Source of the DNA: an uncultured Verrucomicrobiota bacterium
Lineage (GTDB): Bacteria; Verrucomicrobiota; Kiritimatiellia; CAIQIC01; Lenti-01
Reading direction: 5' to 3'
Assembly (NCBI GenBank): GCA_964647595.1
Contig: CAZYGH010000010.1
Location: forward strand, 20,362 to 84,361
DNA length: 64,000 bases
Shown: positions 38,166 to 48,294 of the stretch, one piece after another
Position numbering within the stretch: position 1 is the first letter of the stretch
Layout: each line of letters opens with the position of its first letter
Translations under genes and position numbers: made by a program
Notes under the pieces: generated by a model
The model's input: the letters and a program-made list of their open reading frames with translations, nothing else
Database searches by the model: none
What the model was told of the DNA's origin: nothing

Positions 38166-39182
38166 TCAGGATTTGGAGAATGCCACGAGTTTCTCGAGTT
38201 TGTCGAGGGCGGCGCCGGAGTCGATGGAGGCGGCGGATTGGCGAATGCCGTCGGCCAGGTCGTTGCATCGGTTGGCCGCGAGAAGAGAGGCGGCGGAATT
38301 GATCAGCACAATGTCGCGCTTGGGGCCTTGGATTTTTCCTTCCAAAATGCCGCGCGTGATTTGTGCGTTGTCGGCAGGCATTCCACCTTCCAAATCCGCG
38401 TTGGTACACGTACTTTCAAAATAGAGGGTTGGATCAATGTCGTAGGTTTTTACCACGCCATCCTTGAGTTCCGAGCAGCGCGTCGTGGTGGTCAGCGTGA
38501 TTTCATCCATTCCATCGTGACCGTGCACAACCAAGACGCGACGCGAACCCAGTTTCTTGAGCACCTCCGCGAATGCTTCGGTCAATTCCGGTGCGAAAAC
38601 GCCGATGAGTTGGCACGGCGCTCCCGCCGGATTCGTGAGCGGTCCTAGCAAATTGAACAGCGTACGCACGCCCAGTTGCTTGCGAACGGGGCCAGCAAAA
38701 CGCATCGCCTTGTGGAAGGAAGGGGCGAACATGAACGTGATGCCGATTTCATTGAGGGCTTGCTCCATGATTTCGGGCGCGGCGGCAAGATTGAAACCGA
38801 GGCATTCGAGGCAGTCGGCACTTCCGCTTTTGCCCGAGCTGGCGCGATTGCCATGCTTGGCGACGACCGCCCCGGCACCCGCCGCAACAAACGCGACGGT
38901 GGTCGAAATATTGAACGTCATGCCCCCATCGCCGCCCGTGCCGACGGTGTCGAGCGTGTTGGGCGCGAGCGATTGAATACGCGTAGCCGCCGCGCGCATG
39001 GCGCGAGCCCCGGCCGCGATTTCGTCGATGGTTTCGCCTTTGGCCGCCAATGTGGCGAGGAAGCCGCCGATCTGGCCTTCCGTGAATTCGCCCGACAAAA
39101 TACCGGTGACAGCTTCAAAGGCCTCCGCTTCTGTCAGGTCTTTGCGGGCGATGAGTTTTTTGAGCAAGGCTGGAATGTTCAT
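38166..39182 (-). CDS. trpD: Anthranilate phosphoribosyltransferase
   Basis: GTGGDG, NIST, KHGNR, GSAD, FNLLGPLTNP, DGMDE. Confidence 0.97.
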   Translation of the reverse strand: MNIPALLKKLIARKDLTEAEAFEAVTGILSGEFTEGQIGGFLATLAAKGETIDEIAAGARAMRAAATRIQSLAPNTLDTVGTGGDGGMTFNISTTVAFVAAGAGAVVAKHGNRASSGKSGSADCLECLGFNLAAAPEIMEQALNEIGITFMFAPSFHKAMRFAGPVRKQLGVRTLFNLLGPLTNPAGAPCQLIGVFAPELTEAFAEVLKKLGSRRVLVVHGHDGMDEITLTTTTRCSELKDGVVKTYDIDPTLYFESTCTNADLEGGMPADNAQITRGILEGKIQGPKRDIVLINSAASLLAANRCNDLADGIRQSAASIDSGAALDKLEKLVAFSKS

Positions 39183-39206
39183 GAAGACTCCTTGGAATGA
39201 AGAAAT

Positions 39207-39363
39207 TCACCACAGAGGGCACAGAGATTCACAGAGTAAAAATCTCGGTGGTCCTCTGTGTTCTCTGGGGTGAAAACGGCTGTTCAACAGTTTTCCACAG
39301 TGTGGAAACATTTCTTCCATTGTGTGGAAAAATCGCAAAAAAGTTTTCCATACTGTGGAAAAA
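39207..39363. repeat. Composite intergenic repeat (families B and A)
   Basis: Similar in sequence and layout to 27306-27465. Confidence 0.8.
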
Positions 39364-39392
39364 TATTAAATTATAGGGCTGACCCCTATTCA

Positions 39393-39986
39393 TTATTCTG
39401 ACTCCTGAATTCTGGATTCTGAATTCTTCAAGAAATTCCGAAGGATGCGTTTGCCGACGGGGGTCATGATGGATTCGGGGTGGAATTGGATGCCTTCGAG
39501 GGCGAATTGTTTGTGGCGGATGCCCATGATTTCGCCGTCCTCCGTGGTGGCGGATACTTCAAGGCACTCAGGCAGGCTTTCGCGTTCGATGGCGAGAGAA
39601 TGGTAGCGCATGGCTTTGAAGGGGCGGCTATCGAGGCCCTTGAAAACGCCTTTGCCATCGCAGGTGATGTCGGACGTTTTGCCGTGCATAAGTTTTTTGG
39701 CGTGGATGACTTTTCCTCCGTAGGCGAGACCCATGGCTTGGTGGCCGAGGCAAACGCCGAGGAGGGGAATTTTTCCGGCGAAGGTGCGGATGACTTCGCA
39801 CGAAACGCCAGCATCTTCGGGCCGTCCGGGGCCGGGAGAAATCACAATGGCGGTGGGGGCAAGTTTCTCGATTTCGGCGATGGAAATGGCGTCGTTGCGG
39901 AATACCTGCACATCGGCGGCCATCTCGCGCAGATATTGCACAAGATTGTAGGTGAAGGAATCGTAGTTATCGATCATCAAAATCAT
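39393..39986 (-). CDS. trpG: Anthranilate synthase component II
   Basis: IDNYDSFTYNL, SPGPG, GVCLGHQ, RYHSL, QFHPES. Confidence 0.96.
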   Translation of the reverse strand: MILMIDNYDSFTYNLVQYLREMAADVQVFRNDAISIAEIEKLAPTAIVISPGPGRPEDAGVSCEVIRTFAGKIPLLGVCLGHQAMGLAYGGKVIHAKKLMHGKTSDITCDGKGVFKGLDSRPFKAMRYHSLAIERESLPECLEVSATTEDGEIMGIRHKQFALEGIQFHPESIMTPVGKRILRNFLKNSESRIQESE

Positions 39987-40014
39987 GGGATTCTCCGGGA
40001 AGGTAGAGTTTCTC

Positions 40015-40086
40015 TCACAGAGAGGCACAGAGATTCACGGAGAAAACGGAATCGCTTCTCTGTGGGACTCTGTGAACCTCTGTGAG
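40015..40086. repeat. CACAGAG/CTCTGTG hairpin repeat (family B)
   Basis: CACAGAGAGGCACAGAGATTCACGGAGA...CTCTGTG repeated three times. Confidence 0.7.
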
Positions 40087-40098
40087 AGGAAGGGCTGT

Positions 40099-41601
40099 TC
40101 ATGGCTGTTTAGATTCGGCTTGTTGGGCGGTTTGGAGAAGTTCGAGGGCGCGGGACATTGCGGCGGCCTTGTTTTGAGTCTCGCGTAGTTCATATTCAGG
40201 ATCGGAATCGGCGACGATGCCGGCTCCGGCGCGGATGGTGAGCCTTCCGTGTTCGGCCACAGCGGTGCGGATGCAGATGCAAAAATCCATATTGCCGTCG
40301 AAGGAGACATAGCCGACGGCACCGCCGTAGGGTCCGCGCGGCTCGTCTTCGAGGTCGGCAATGATTTCCATGGCGCGAATTTTGGGCGCACCGCTCAACG
40401 TGCCGGCGGGGAAGGAGGATGCAAACAGGTCGAACGCATCATGGCCGGGTTCCAAATCGGCGGTGATGTTGGAGACGAGGTGCATGACGTGGGAGTAGCG
40501 TTCGACAATCATCAGGTCCGTGACTTGCACGGTGCCGGGAAGGGCGACGCGTCCGAGCTCGTTGCGGCCCAGATCGACCAGCATCAGATGTTCGGCGCGT
40601 TCTTTTTCGTCTTGCAGGAGGCTATCGGCGTTTTTGCGATCTTCCTGTTCGGTGTCGCCGCGCGGGCGGGTGCCGGCGATGGGTCGCAGGGTGGCGGTTC
40701 GAGAATCGAGCCGGATCATGGTCTCGGGTGAGGAGCCAATGAGTGTGCAACCCTGCGCCTTCAGGAAAAACAGATAGGGCGAAGGGTTCACATGTCGTTG
40801 GGCGCGGTACAAGCTGACCAAGTCGTCGGGGGCGGGGCCGACAAAACTTTGGGAGATCACGCATTGAATGATGTCGCCCTCAAAAATGTGGTCCTTCACT
40901 TTTTTGACCATTCCCTTGAAATACTCCGGCGGACGCACGGGCAAGGGCTTGCGAATGGGCGTTTTGCCGGTGACCGAGCCCGCCGGAATGGGCTTGGCCA
41001 GCGTATTCAGCAAATCCTGTACGCGGGCGGTGGCCGCCTCAAAGAGCGCATCGGCCTCTCCATCTTCCTTGAAGGCCAGCGCCAGCGCGGTCAGCGTATG
41101 CGTGACATTGTCGAAGATGAGGAGCGTGTCCGGGATGACAAATTCGGCCATGGGGCGTTCGGGCGGGAGCTTGTTGGGAACGCGCGATTCAAAAAAATGA
41201 ATCATTTCGTAAGAAAAATAGCCCACCAAGCCGCCGCAAAAGCGGGGGAGTCCGGGCAGATGAGCCAACGAATACGGTTTCATGATATTGCGCAACACGG
41301 CCAGCGGATCACCCTTGTGGGGGATTCGCTTTTCGTCGATGCCTTGGCGGATGACCACATCGTTGCGATAAACCGTGATCATGGATCGAGCCGAGACGCC
41401 CATGAAACTATAGCGGCCCCAGCGCTCGCCGCCTTCCGCACTTTCGAGCAGAAACAGGTGGGGATGGTGGGGGGCAAAGCGGGCGAGGACGGAGACGGGC
41501 GTCTCGGTATCGGCCAGAATGCGCGCGCCCACAGGCACCACGGTGGCGGTGTGGAGCAAGGATTGAAATTCCTCGCGAGAGGGGAACGTTTCGAGCAACA
41601 T
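40099..41601 (-). CDS. trpE: Anthranilate synthase component I
   Basis: LLES, GRYSF, NPSPY, SPE, PIAGTRPRG, KERAEHLMLVDLGRN, GTLSGAPK. The start is uncertain (41601 or 41619). Confidence 0.96.
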   Translation of the reverse strand: MLLETFPSREEFQSLLHTATVVPVGARILADTETPVSVLARFAPHHPHLFLLESAEGGERWGRYSFMGVSARSMITVYRNDVVIRQGIDEKRIPHKGDPLAVLRNIMKPYSLAHLPGLPRFCGGLVGYFSYEMIHFFESRVPNKLPPERPMAEFVIPDTLLIFDNVTHTLTALALAFKEDGEADALFEAATARVQDLLNTLAKPIPAGSVTGKTPIRKPLPVRPPEYFKGMVKKVKDHIFEGDIIQCVISQSFVGPAPDDLVSLYRAQRHVNPSPYLFFLKAQGCTLIGSSPETMIRLDSRTATLRPIAGTRPRGDTEQEDRKNADSLLQDEKERAEHLMLVDLGRNELGRVALPGTVQVTDLMIVERYSHVMHLVSNITADLEPGHDAFDLFASSFPAGTLSGAPKIRAMEIIADLEDEPRGPYGGAVGYVSFDGNMDFCICIRTAVAEHGRLTIRAGAGIVADSDPEYELRETQNKAAAMSRALELLQTAQQAESKQP

Positions 41602-41662
41602 GGGATTTCCTGGGTTCATGAATAATCTTTTGCCGTTGTTTCTGTATATAGAAACATACCTT

Positions 41663-43973
41663 TTCCTAGTTGTCAAGCGGCGGTCACAAAAATTGAATAA
41701 AACAGATCGGTCGTGAAAATATCGAAGGTAAATTCAATGGAATAGAACGGGTTCAATTGACGATGAAGAGACTGAACACGAATGGAGAGCTTGCATGAAG
41801 ATATCTTGATAGAATACGGTCTGAAAGATAATGCAATAACCTGAGCAATACGAAAAGAGAGCGACAGATTGTGAATATGCCATTGACCTTTAAGTATATC
41901 CTCATTGGACTGTTTTGTTTAAGCAACGATTTCAACAGTATTTGCTTCGCACAGAACATCAAGCCCAGCGCGCTACAGTTGGCAGAGGACGCGTATAACA
42001 AAACCGTTGAAAATGCATTAACTGATTTGGATAGACGGTATTGGGAGGCAAATACTGAATGTCAGCAATCTGAAAACGATGTCCTTAAAGAAATCGGTAA
42101 TCTCCGAGAGATTGGCAAACAGGTGGCAAAGGAGACAGATGAGTTGCAACGATCTCAACTGTGTATTGTGTGGGCGGATGCCATGGAAAAAACAACTGCC
42201 AGTGTTGTTCAATATTTAAAGGCGGTTGAATTGTTGTGGGCAACAATCGAAGCAAAGAGCGTTATTGAGCCGATGAAAAACGTTCCTGAAAAAGCCATTT
42301 ATCCGCACACTGAATATGTCCAATGCCCTCAAGAAATCATACAATTTAAAGAAGGATTGTACGAGGAAATGAAGGGCATTTTAAATGAGCGCCGGGTGAG
42401 TGATGAAAGCTGGGCATGGGGACGTATTGAAGATTTCGTGCTAGATTTAACGGCTTTGACGGGAAAGAGAATCGATGTTCACGCGCTAAAACGAGAAATG
42501 CGATTTAGTTTTCAGTGGGACGAAAAACGGCTTCAAGATTCTAATGAACTGAATAATCGAATTCTCGCTATAAAGCGCGAAAAAAACCGAGCAATGAAGG
42601 AAAATGGGATCAGTGAAGATCGATGGTATAAATACAAACTTACTGAACTAGAGCAACGACAGAAAGCACTGGTTAATGGATATTTCGACTCGCAAGCTAT
42701 AATGACCCATCTTTATAATTATTACAATTCAAGTGTTGTGGATAAAGATAATCAAATTTTTGCCGCAAATGTGTCGAAACACAGCGCACTTCGTGTTGAA
42801 TATGAGGCCACCATTAAAACGGTTGCCGAGCGAGTTCTCGCAGCGAAAAAATTGGAGGAAAACACGGAAAGAGAAAAAGGAAATCAATTCGACCCAAAAG
42901 AAAAATCCCAAGTAATTGTAGAAGTGAGTGGGGAACCTCAAGACGGCAATAAAGGATATCCATTATCATCCCCTCGAAAAGGAATCATGGGATCTTCGGA
43001 ATTGCCAAACTACGAAAAGCTACACCCATATTTGATCGTTGATTTGAGTGGAGGGACCGGCGTGAGCAAATTCCCAATTCGCTTTTCGGAAAAAGGACCC
43101 GATTTGAATGACGAGCATTGCAAAACCACAGAACTTTGGATGAGGTATATCCCAAGTGGAACCTTTCTCATGGGTGCTCCTTCGGAAGAAATCGGGCATA
43201 AAAAGCATGACAACGAGCCAGAGCATCCGGTGACGATCACCACGGGTTTCTACGCAGGTATTTTTGAGGTGACTCAAAAGCAGTGGGAGAATGTAATGGG
43301 CGAAAATCCGTCCCGTGCAAAAGGAGATGTGAGGCCAGTTGACAACGTTAGTTATGACATGATTCGAGGGAATGCAGTTGGGAATGGGTGGCCCACTTCT
43401 CGAGCTGTGGATGAAGGGTCTTTCATGGGAGTATTGCGGTTAAAGACGGGTTTGTGTTTAGACCTTCCAACGGAGGCAGAATGGGAGTACGCCTGCCGCG
43501 CAGGTACAACAACGTCATTGAATAGTGGAAAAAATCTGACAAGTGAAGAAGAGTGTCCAAATTTGGCAGAGGTTGGGCGGTATAATGGCAATGAAAAAGA
43601 TGGGAAGGGTGGATTTTCGTCCAAACATACGCGAGTTGGGTCGTATCTTCCCAATGCTTGGGGTTTATATGACATGCACGGGAATATTCAGGAATGGTGT
43701 TTAGATTGGCAAGGGCGGTTATCAGACGTTGCGGTTACGAATCCGATGGGTCCACCAAATGGAGACCTCAGGGTAAGCCGTGGAGGAGGTTGGAGTACGG
43801 GAATAGCACGCGGGTGTCGTTCGGCGACACGATATTGTGGCTATTCTCCACAACATGCAGCTGGAATGACAGGCTTGCGAGTGGCTCTTGTTGTGGGTGC
43901 TTCAAATAGGTGAAGAGTAGTGAGTGGATTTACAATGCTAAGTGCGATTCCGATTCCTAGTTGTCAAGCGGCG
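41663..43973. mobile_element. Low-GC insertion bounded by a 20-bp direct repeat
   Basis: TTCCTAGTTGTCAAGCGGCG occurs at 41663-41682 and 43954-43973. Confidence 0.6.
41871..43913 (+). CDS. Secreted protein with a coiled-coil N-terminus and a C-terminal FGE-sulfatase (SUMF1-like) domain
   Basis: GTFLMG, EVTQKQW, LPTEAEWEYACRAGT, PNAWGLYDMHGNIQEWCLD, RGGGW. Confidence 0.88.
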   Translation: MNMPLTFKYILIGLFCLSNDFNSICFAQNIKPSALQLAEDAYNKTVENALTDLDRRYWEANTECQQSENDVLKEIGNLREIGKQVAKETDELQRSQLCIVWADAMEKTTASVVQYLKAVELLWATIEAKSVIEPMKNVPEKAIYPHTEYVQCPQEIIQFKEGLYEEMKGILNERRVSDESWAWGRIEDFVLDLTALTGKRIDVHALKREMRFSFQWDEKRLQDSNELNNRILAIKREKNRAMKENGISEDRWYKYKLTELEQRQKALVNGYFDSQAIMTHLYNYYNSSVVDKDNQIFAANVSKHSALRVEYEATIKTVAERVLAAKKLEENTEREKGNQFDPKEKSQVIVEVSGEPQDGNKGYPLSSPRKGIMGSSELPNYEKLHPYLIVDLSGGTGVSKFPIRFSEKGPDLNDEHCKTTELWMRYIPSGTFLMGAPSEEIGHKKHDNEPEHPVTITTGFYAGIFEVTQKQWENVMGENPSRAKGDVRPVDNVSYDMIRGNAVGNGWPTSRAVDEGSFMGVLRLKTGLCLDLPTEAEWEYACRAGTTTSLNSGKNLTSEEECPNLAEVGRYNGNEKDGKGGFSSKHTRVGSYLPNAWGLYDMHGNIQEWCLDWQGRLSDVAVTNPMGPPNGDLRVSRGGGWSTGIARGCRSATRYCGYSPQHAAGMTGLRVALVVGASNR

Positions 43974-44192
43974 CTCCCAAAAAGTTTTCCACCGTGTGGA
44001 GGCTCTTGCAAAACGACGTTTCGCAAGAGCAGTAGTCAGGAGCGAGTAGCCAGTCGTCAGCATGAATAGCCACCGAACTTTCTTTACGTAGCTCATGGCC
44101 AAATTCTGACTACTGAATCCTGACTCCTGACTACTCTCTTGCAACAACTCCGTCAGGAGTTTTGCAAGAGGTTCCATTGTGTGGGTGGTGCA

Positions 44193-44221
44193 TTGACTTT
44201 GCGGGGGTGAAAGGGTAGGTT
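44193..44221 (+). promoter_or_regulatory. Sigma70-like promoter of the thrS operon
   Basis: TTGACT-17 nt-TAGGTT. Confidence 0.6.
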
Positions 44222-44254
44222 TTTGCGCCTTAGGAAGGATTCCATATAAATTTC

Positions 44255-45991
44255 ATGAAGCCTGATTCTGTTGGTTTGGAGACGATGCGCCATAGTGCGG
44301 CGCATGTGATGGCGGCGGCGGTTCGTCGCTTGTGGCCGGATGCGTTGTTCGACATTGGTCCGGACACGGAGGACGGTTTTTACTACGATTTCGACCTGAA
44401 GCATCGGCTGACGGTGGAAGACTTCCCGGCCATTGAGGCCGAAATGGCCAAGATTGTGGCCGAAAAAGCGCCGTTTGTGCGCGAGGAGAAAACCCGCGCC
44501 GAAGTGATGGAGCTGATGTCCCAGCGGGGACAGAAATACAAGTTGGAGCGCTTGGCGGATATTCCAGAGGGCGAGACGATTAGCTTGTATCATTGCGGCG
44601 ATTTCACGGATTTGTGCCGCGGTCCGCACGTCGCAAATACGGGCGAGGTGAAGGCATTCAAGATTCAGTCGGTGGCGGGTGCGTATTTCCGCGGCGACGA
44701 AAAGAATCAGATGATGCAGCGGTTGTATGGAACGGCGTTTTTGACGCAGGCCGATCTGGATGCGTATTTGAAGATGTTGGAAGAGGCGAAGTTGCGCGAC
44801 CACCGCGTGCTGGGGCGCGATTTGGATTTGTTTAGCATTCAAGAAAGTGTGGGTCCCGGGCTGGTGCATTGGCATCCCAAGGGCGCACGCATTCGCTCGA
44901 TCATCGAAGAATTCTGGCGCAAAGAACATTATCGCGCGGGCTACGAAATGCTGTACACGCCGCACATTGGGCGGGCGGGGCTGTGGGAGACGTCGGGGCA
45001 TCTGGGGTTCTATAGCGAGAACATGTATGCGCCGATGGAAATCGACGAGCAGCGCTATTACATCAAGCCGATGAATTGCCCGTTCCACATTCAGATTTAT
45101 AAGAGCCGCAAGCGGTCGTATCGCGAGTTGTCGCTGCGCTGGGCCGAGCTGGGCACGGTGTACCGCTATGAGCGGGCGGGCGTGTTGCATGGGCTGATGC
45201 GCGTGCGCGGGTTTACGCAGGATGATGCACACATTTATTGCACCGAAGAGCAGGTGGAGAGCGAAGTGCGCGAATGCGTGCGGTTCGCCATTGCCATGTG
45301 GCGTGCATTTGGCTTTGAGGACATTGTGGCGTATTTGGCCACGCGTCCCGAAAAATCCGTGGGCGATCCGGCGCGTTGGGATTTGGCGCAACGGTCGCTC
45401 GAAGCCGCGCTGAAGGCCGAGGGCATTTCCTACGAAATGGACGAGGGCGGCGGCGCGTTCTATGGCCCCAAGATCGATTTGAAGACGCGCGATGCCATTG
45501 GTCGCGAGTGGCAGATGAGCACCGTGCAGTTCGACTTCAATTTGCCCGACCGTTTCGACATGGTCTACACGGGCGCGGACGGTCAGGAGCATCGACCGTA
45601 CATGGTGCATCGTGCGTTGTTGGGCAGTTTGGAGCGTTTCTTTGGCATTCTGATTGAGCAATACGCGGGCGCGTTCCCGTTGTGGCTTGCCCCGGTGCAG
45701 ATCAGTCTGATTCCGGTGACGGACAAGCAGATTGCTGCGGCCAAAGAAATTGCCGCGAAGCTGAAAGAAAAAGATTTCCGTGTGTTGCTGGACGATCGGC
45801 CCGAAAAAATGGGCGCAAAGATCCGCGATGCGCAGATGCAGAAGATTCCCTACATGCTCATTTTGGGCGGACGGGAATTGGAAAACGGAACCGTTTCGGT
45901 CCGCAGCCGGGTGGCTGGGGATCTGGGAGTCATGACCCTGGAGGCCTTCATCGCCAAGGTGGATGCCGAGCGGCAAGTGACGCTGAAATAG
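44255..45991 (+). CDS. thrS: Threonine--tRNA ligase
   Basis: RHSAAH, DLCRGPH, RDHR, KPMNCP, RVRGFTQDDAH, GAFYGPKID. Confidence 0.98.
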   Translation: MKPDSVGLETMRHSAAHVMAAAVRRLWPDALFDIGPDTEDGFYYDFDLKHRLTVEDFPAIEAEMAKIVAEKAPFVREEKTRAEVMELMSQRGQKYKLERLADIPEGETISLYHCGDFTDLCRGPHVANTGEVKAFKIQSVAGAYFRGDEKNQMMQRLYGTAFLTQADLDAYLKMLEEAKLRDHRVLGRDLDLFSIQESVGPGLVHWHPKGARIRSIIEEFWRKEHYRAGYEMLYTPHIGRAGLWETSGHLGFYSENMYAPMEIDEQRYYIKPMNCPFHIQIYKSRKRSYRELSLRWAELGTVYRYERAGVLHGLMRVRGFTQDDAHIYCTEEQVESEVRECVRFAIAMWRAFGFEDIVAYLATRPEKSVGDPARWDLAQRSLEAALKAEGISYEMDEGGGAFYGPKIDLKTRDAIGREWQMSTVQFDFNLPDRFDMVYTGADGQEHRPYMVHRALLGSLERFFGILIEQYAGAFPLWLAPVQISLIPVTDKQIAAAKEIAAKLKEKDFRVLLDDRPEKMGAKIRDAQMQKIPYMLILGGRELENGTVSVRSRVAGDLGVMTLEAFIAKVDAERQVTLK

Positions 45992-46040
45992 AAAAGAAAA
46001 ACGGGGCGGCGAAAGACCCCCGGAAAACAAGGAGACAGCC

Positions 46041-46637
46041 ATACAACCACCGACCAACCCTAGGGACCCTCGCGGCGGGGGAAATTTCACCACACGCATC
46101 AATCAGCGCATTCGTGTGCCGGAGGTGCGTCTCATCGGGCCTACGGGCGAACAGCTTGGAATTGTGGCGACCTATGACGCGCAGACTCAGGCCCGCAATG
46201 CGGGACTGGATCTGGTGGAGATTTCGCCGACGTCGCGGCCTCCGGTGTGCCGAATCATGGATTACGGCAAATACCGCTACGAGCTCAGCAAGAAGGAAAA
46301 AGTGAGCAAGCGGAATGCGTCGACCACCAAGGTGAAAGAAATTCAGTTGCATCCCAGCGTGGGCGATCACGACTACGAAGTGAAGATGCGGCACATGAAA
46401 GAGTTTTTGGAAGATGGCCACCGGGTAAAAGTGTCGCTGTACTTCCGCGGACGTGAAAACGCCCACAAGGAACTCGGGTTCCAGTTGATGACCCGCGTAC
46501 TGGCCGACCTTCACGAAATCGGCATTGTGGAACAGGCGCCCAAGTTGCTAGGAAAAAATATTTTGATGGTGATTATGCCCAATCCAAAGGCGCGGCAGGC
46601 GGCGAAAACGACCACGGCGCCGACTCCTGAATCATAA
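46041..46637 (+). CDS. infC: Translation initiation factor IF-3 (probable ATA start)
   Basis: RINQRIRVPEVRLI, DLVEI, PPVCRIMDYGK, FRGRE. AAGGAG lies 6 nt before the in-frame ATA at 46041. Confidence 0.95.
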   Translation: MQPPTNPRDPRGGGNFTTRINQRIRVPEVRLIGPTGEQLGIVATYDAQTQARNAGLDLVEISPTSRPPVCRIMDYGKYRYELSKKEKVSKRNASTTKVKEIQLHPSVGDHDYEVKMRHMKEFLEDGHRVKVSLYFRGRENAHKELGFQLMTRVLADLHEIGIVEQAPKLLGKNILMVIMPNPKARQAAKTTTAPTPES

Positions 46638-46768
46638 AAATCGGAAGAGATGGACGATTCTGCTAGACGGACGGGTACAAATCCCGTACAAGTCGCCGTC
46701 TGTTTTTGAAGAGTTGAAAAGACGGGAGTGGATTTGCGTCCATTCCCAGATGCGAGGACAATCGAATC

Positions 46769-46972
46769 ATGGCTACGAAAGTGAAGAAGAAAACGCGCAA
46801 GGCAGTGTCCAAGCGCTTCAAGAAGTCGGCGAACGGCAAGATTTTGCACAAGAAGCCGGGGCGGCGCCATTTGGCCGCCAGCAAGACGCGGAAGCAAAAA
46901 CGTCGTCTACGCCAAAGTGTGCAGGCCGGCGGAAAATTCGCCAAGTCCCTCTCGATTGAGATGGGCGCCTAA
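46769..46972 (+). CDS. rpmI: 50S ribosomal protein L35
   Basis: KTRKAVSKRFK..GK...RRHL; follows infC. Confidence 0.95.
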   Translation: MATKVKKKTRKAVSKRFKKSANGKILHKKPGRRHLAASKTRKQKRRLRQSVQAGGKFAKSLSIEMGA

Positions 46973-46995
46973 ATCAACGGAAGTAGGAGAGAAAC

Positions 46996-47367
46996 ATGCC
47001 CAGAACAACCAATGCCCCGGCGAGCCGCAAACGCCGCAAACGTCGTCTCGAGCAGGCCAAGGGCTTTTACGGGAGCCGCAGCAAGCTGTTCCGTATTGCC
47101 ACGGAAGCCGTCGATCGCGCGATGGAACTCAGCTATACGCACCGCAAGGCCAAGAAACGCGATTTTCGCGGTTTGTGGATTGTGCGTTTGTCCGCCGCCT
47201 GCAAACTCAATGATATCAGCTATAGCCGTTTCATTGAAGGCACGCTCAAGGCTGGTATCGAGCTGAACCGCAAGATGCTGTCCGAAATTGCGATTCACGA
47301 TCCGGAAGGCTTTGCCTCCATCGCCAAAATCGCAAAGAGCAAGGCTACTCTGCCCGCCGCGAAGTAA
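46996..47367 (+). CDS. rplT: 50S ribosomal protein L20
   Basis: AKGFYG, KRDFRGLWI, YSRF, LNRKMLSE. Confidence 0.97.
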   Translation: MPRTTNAPASRKRRKRRLEQAKGFYGSRSKLFRIATEAVDRAMELSYTHRKAKKRDFRGLWIVRLSAACKLNDISYSRFIEGTLKAGIELNRKMLSEIAIHDPEGFASIAKIAKSKATLPAAK

Positions 47368-47387
47368 TTCAAAGCGACAAAACCGAG

Positions 47388-47421
47388 GCGCGCGAGACGA
47401 AAGTCCCGCGCGCTTTGCTTT
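47388..47421 (+). terminator. Intrinsic terminator after rplT
   Basis: GCGCGCG-AGAC-GAAA-GTCC-CGCGCGC followed by TTTGCTTT. Confidence 0.6.
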
Positions 47422-47508
47422 GCATGAGAGCGGAATAGCCCTGCGATGATTGCAACCAATATTGTTCAGGCGGTTGTCGTGTTCAGGTGGGGATGGTAAA
47501 AGGGGGAT

Positions 47509-48294
47509 ATGAAAATACCCATTTATCAGGTGGATGCGTTTGCGTCGGAGGTGTTCGCGGGGAATCCGGCGGCGATTTGTTTGCTGGAGTCGTGGTTGGA
47601 GGATCGCGTGTTGCAGGCGATTGCGGCGGAAAATAATTTGTCGGAAACGGCGTTTTTGGTCGGGAATGGGGAAGGGTTTGAGTTGCGGTGGTTCACGCCG
47701 GCGTCGGAGGTGACGTTGTGTGGGCACGCGACGCTGGCGGCAGCGAAGGTGTTGTTTGATTTGCGAGGATGGAGCGGGGCGCAGATTCGGTTTCAGACGA
47801 AGTGGCGGGGTGTATTGACGGTGGAGAAGTGCGGGGAGCTGTTGGAGATGGATTTTCCGGCGCTTCCGGCGAAGCCGGTGGAGACGCCGAAGGGTTTAGC
47901 GGATGCGTTGGGGGTGGAGCCGCGGCAGGTGCTGGAGTCGGCAGAAGATTGGTTGATTGTATTGGACGATGAGGCGGCGGTGCGAGCGCTGAAGCCGAAT
48001 TTTCTAGCGCTGGAAACAATGCCGTGTCGCTGTGCGGTGCCCACGGCGCGGGGAGAGAAGTCGGATTTTGTGTCGCGGGCCTTTGCGCCACGGCTGGGGA
48101 TTTTGGAGGATCCGGTGACGGGTTCATCGCATTGTGTGTTGACGCCGTATTGGGCGGGGGTGTTGGGGAAAGACGCGCTGCACGCGTTTCAAGTTTCGGC
48201 GCGCGGGGGAGAGGTGTTTTGCCGCCATGCGGGAGATCGGGTGAAGTTGGCGGGGCGTGCGGCGGTGTATCTGGAAGGGATGATTTATGTGTGA
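47509..48294 (+). CDS. PhzF family epimerase/isomerase
   Basis: QVDAF..GNPA, SETAF, RWFTP..EVTLCGHATLA, EDPVTGS. Confidence 0.93.
   Translation: MKIPIYQVDAFASEVFAGNPAAICLLESWLEDRVLQAIAAENNLSETAFLVGNGEGFELRWFTPASEVTLCGHATLAAAKVLFDLRGWSGAQIRFQTKWRGVLTVEKCGELLEMDFPALPAKPVETPKGLADALGVEPRQVLESAEDWLIVLDDEAAVRALKPNFLALETMPCRCAVPTARGEKSDFVSRAFAPRLGILEDPVTGSSHCVLTPYWAGVLGKDALHAFQVSARGGEVFCRHAGDRVKLAGRAAVYLEGMIYV

Noticed and set aside
41602-41760. trp attenuator or T-box leader
   Set aside because: No Trp-codon leader peptide, terminator/antiterminator pair or T-box motif visible.
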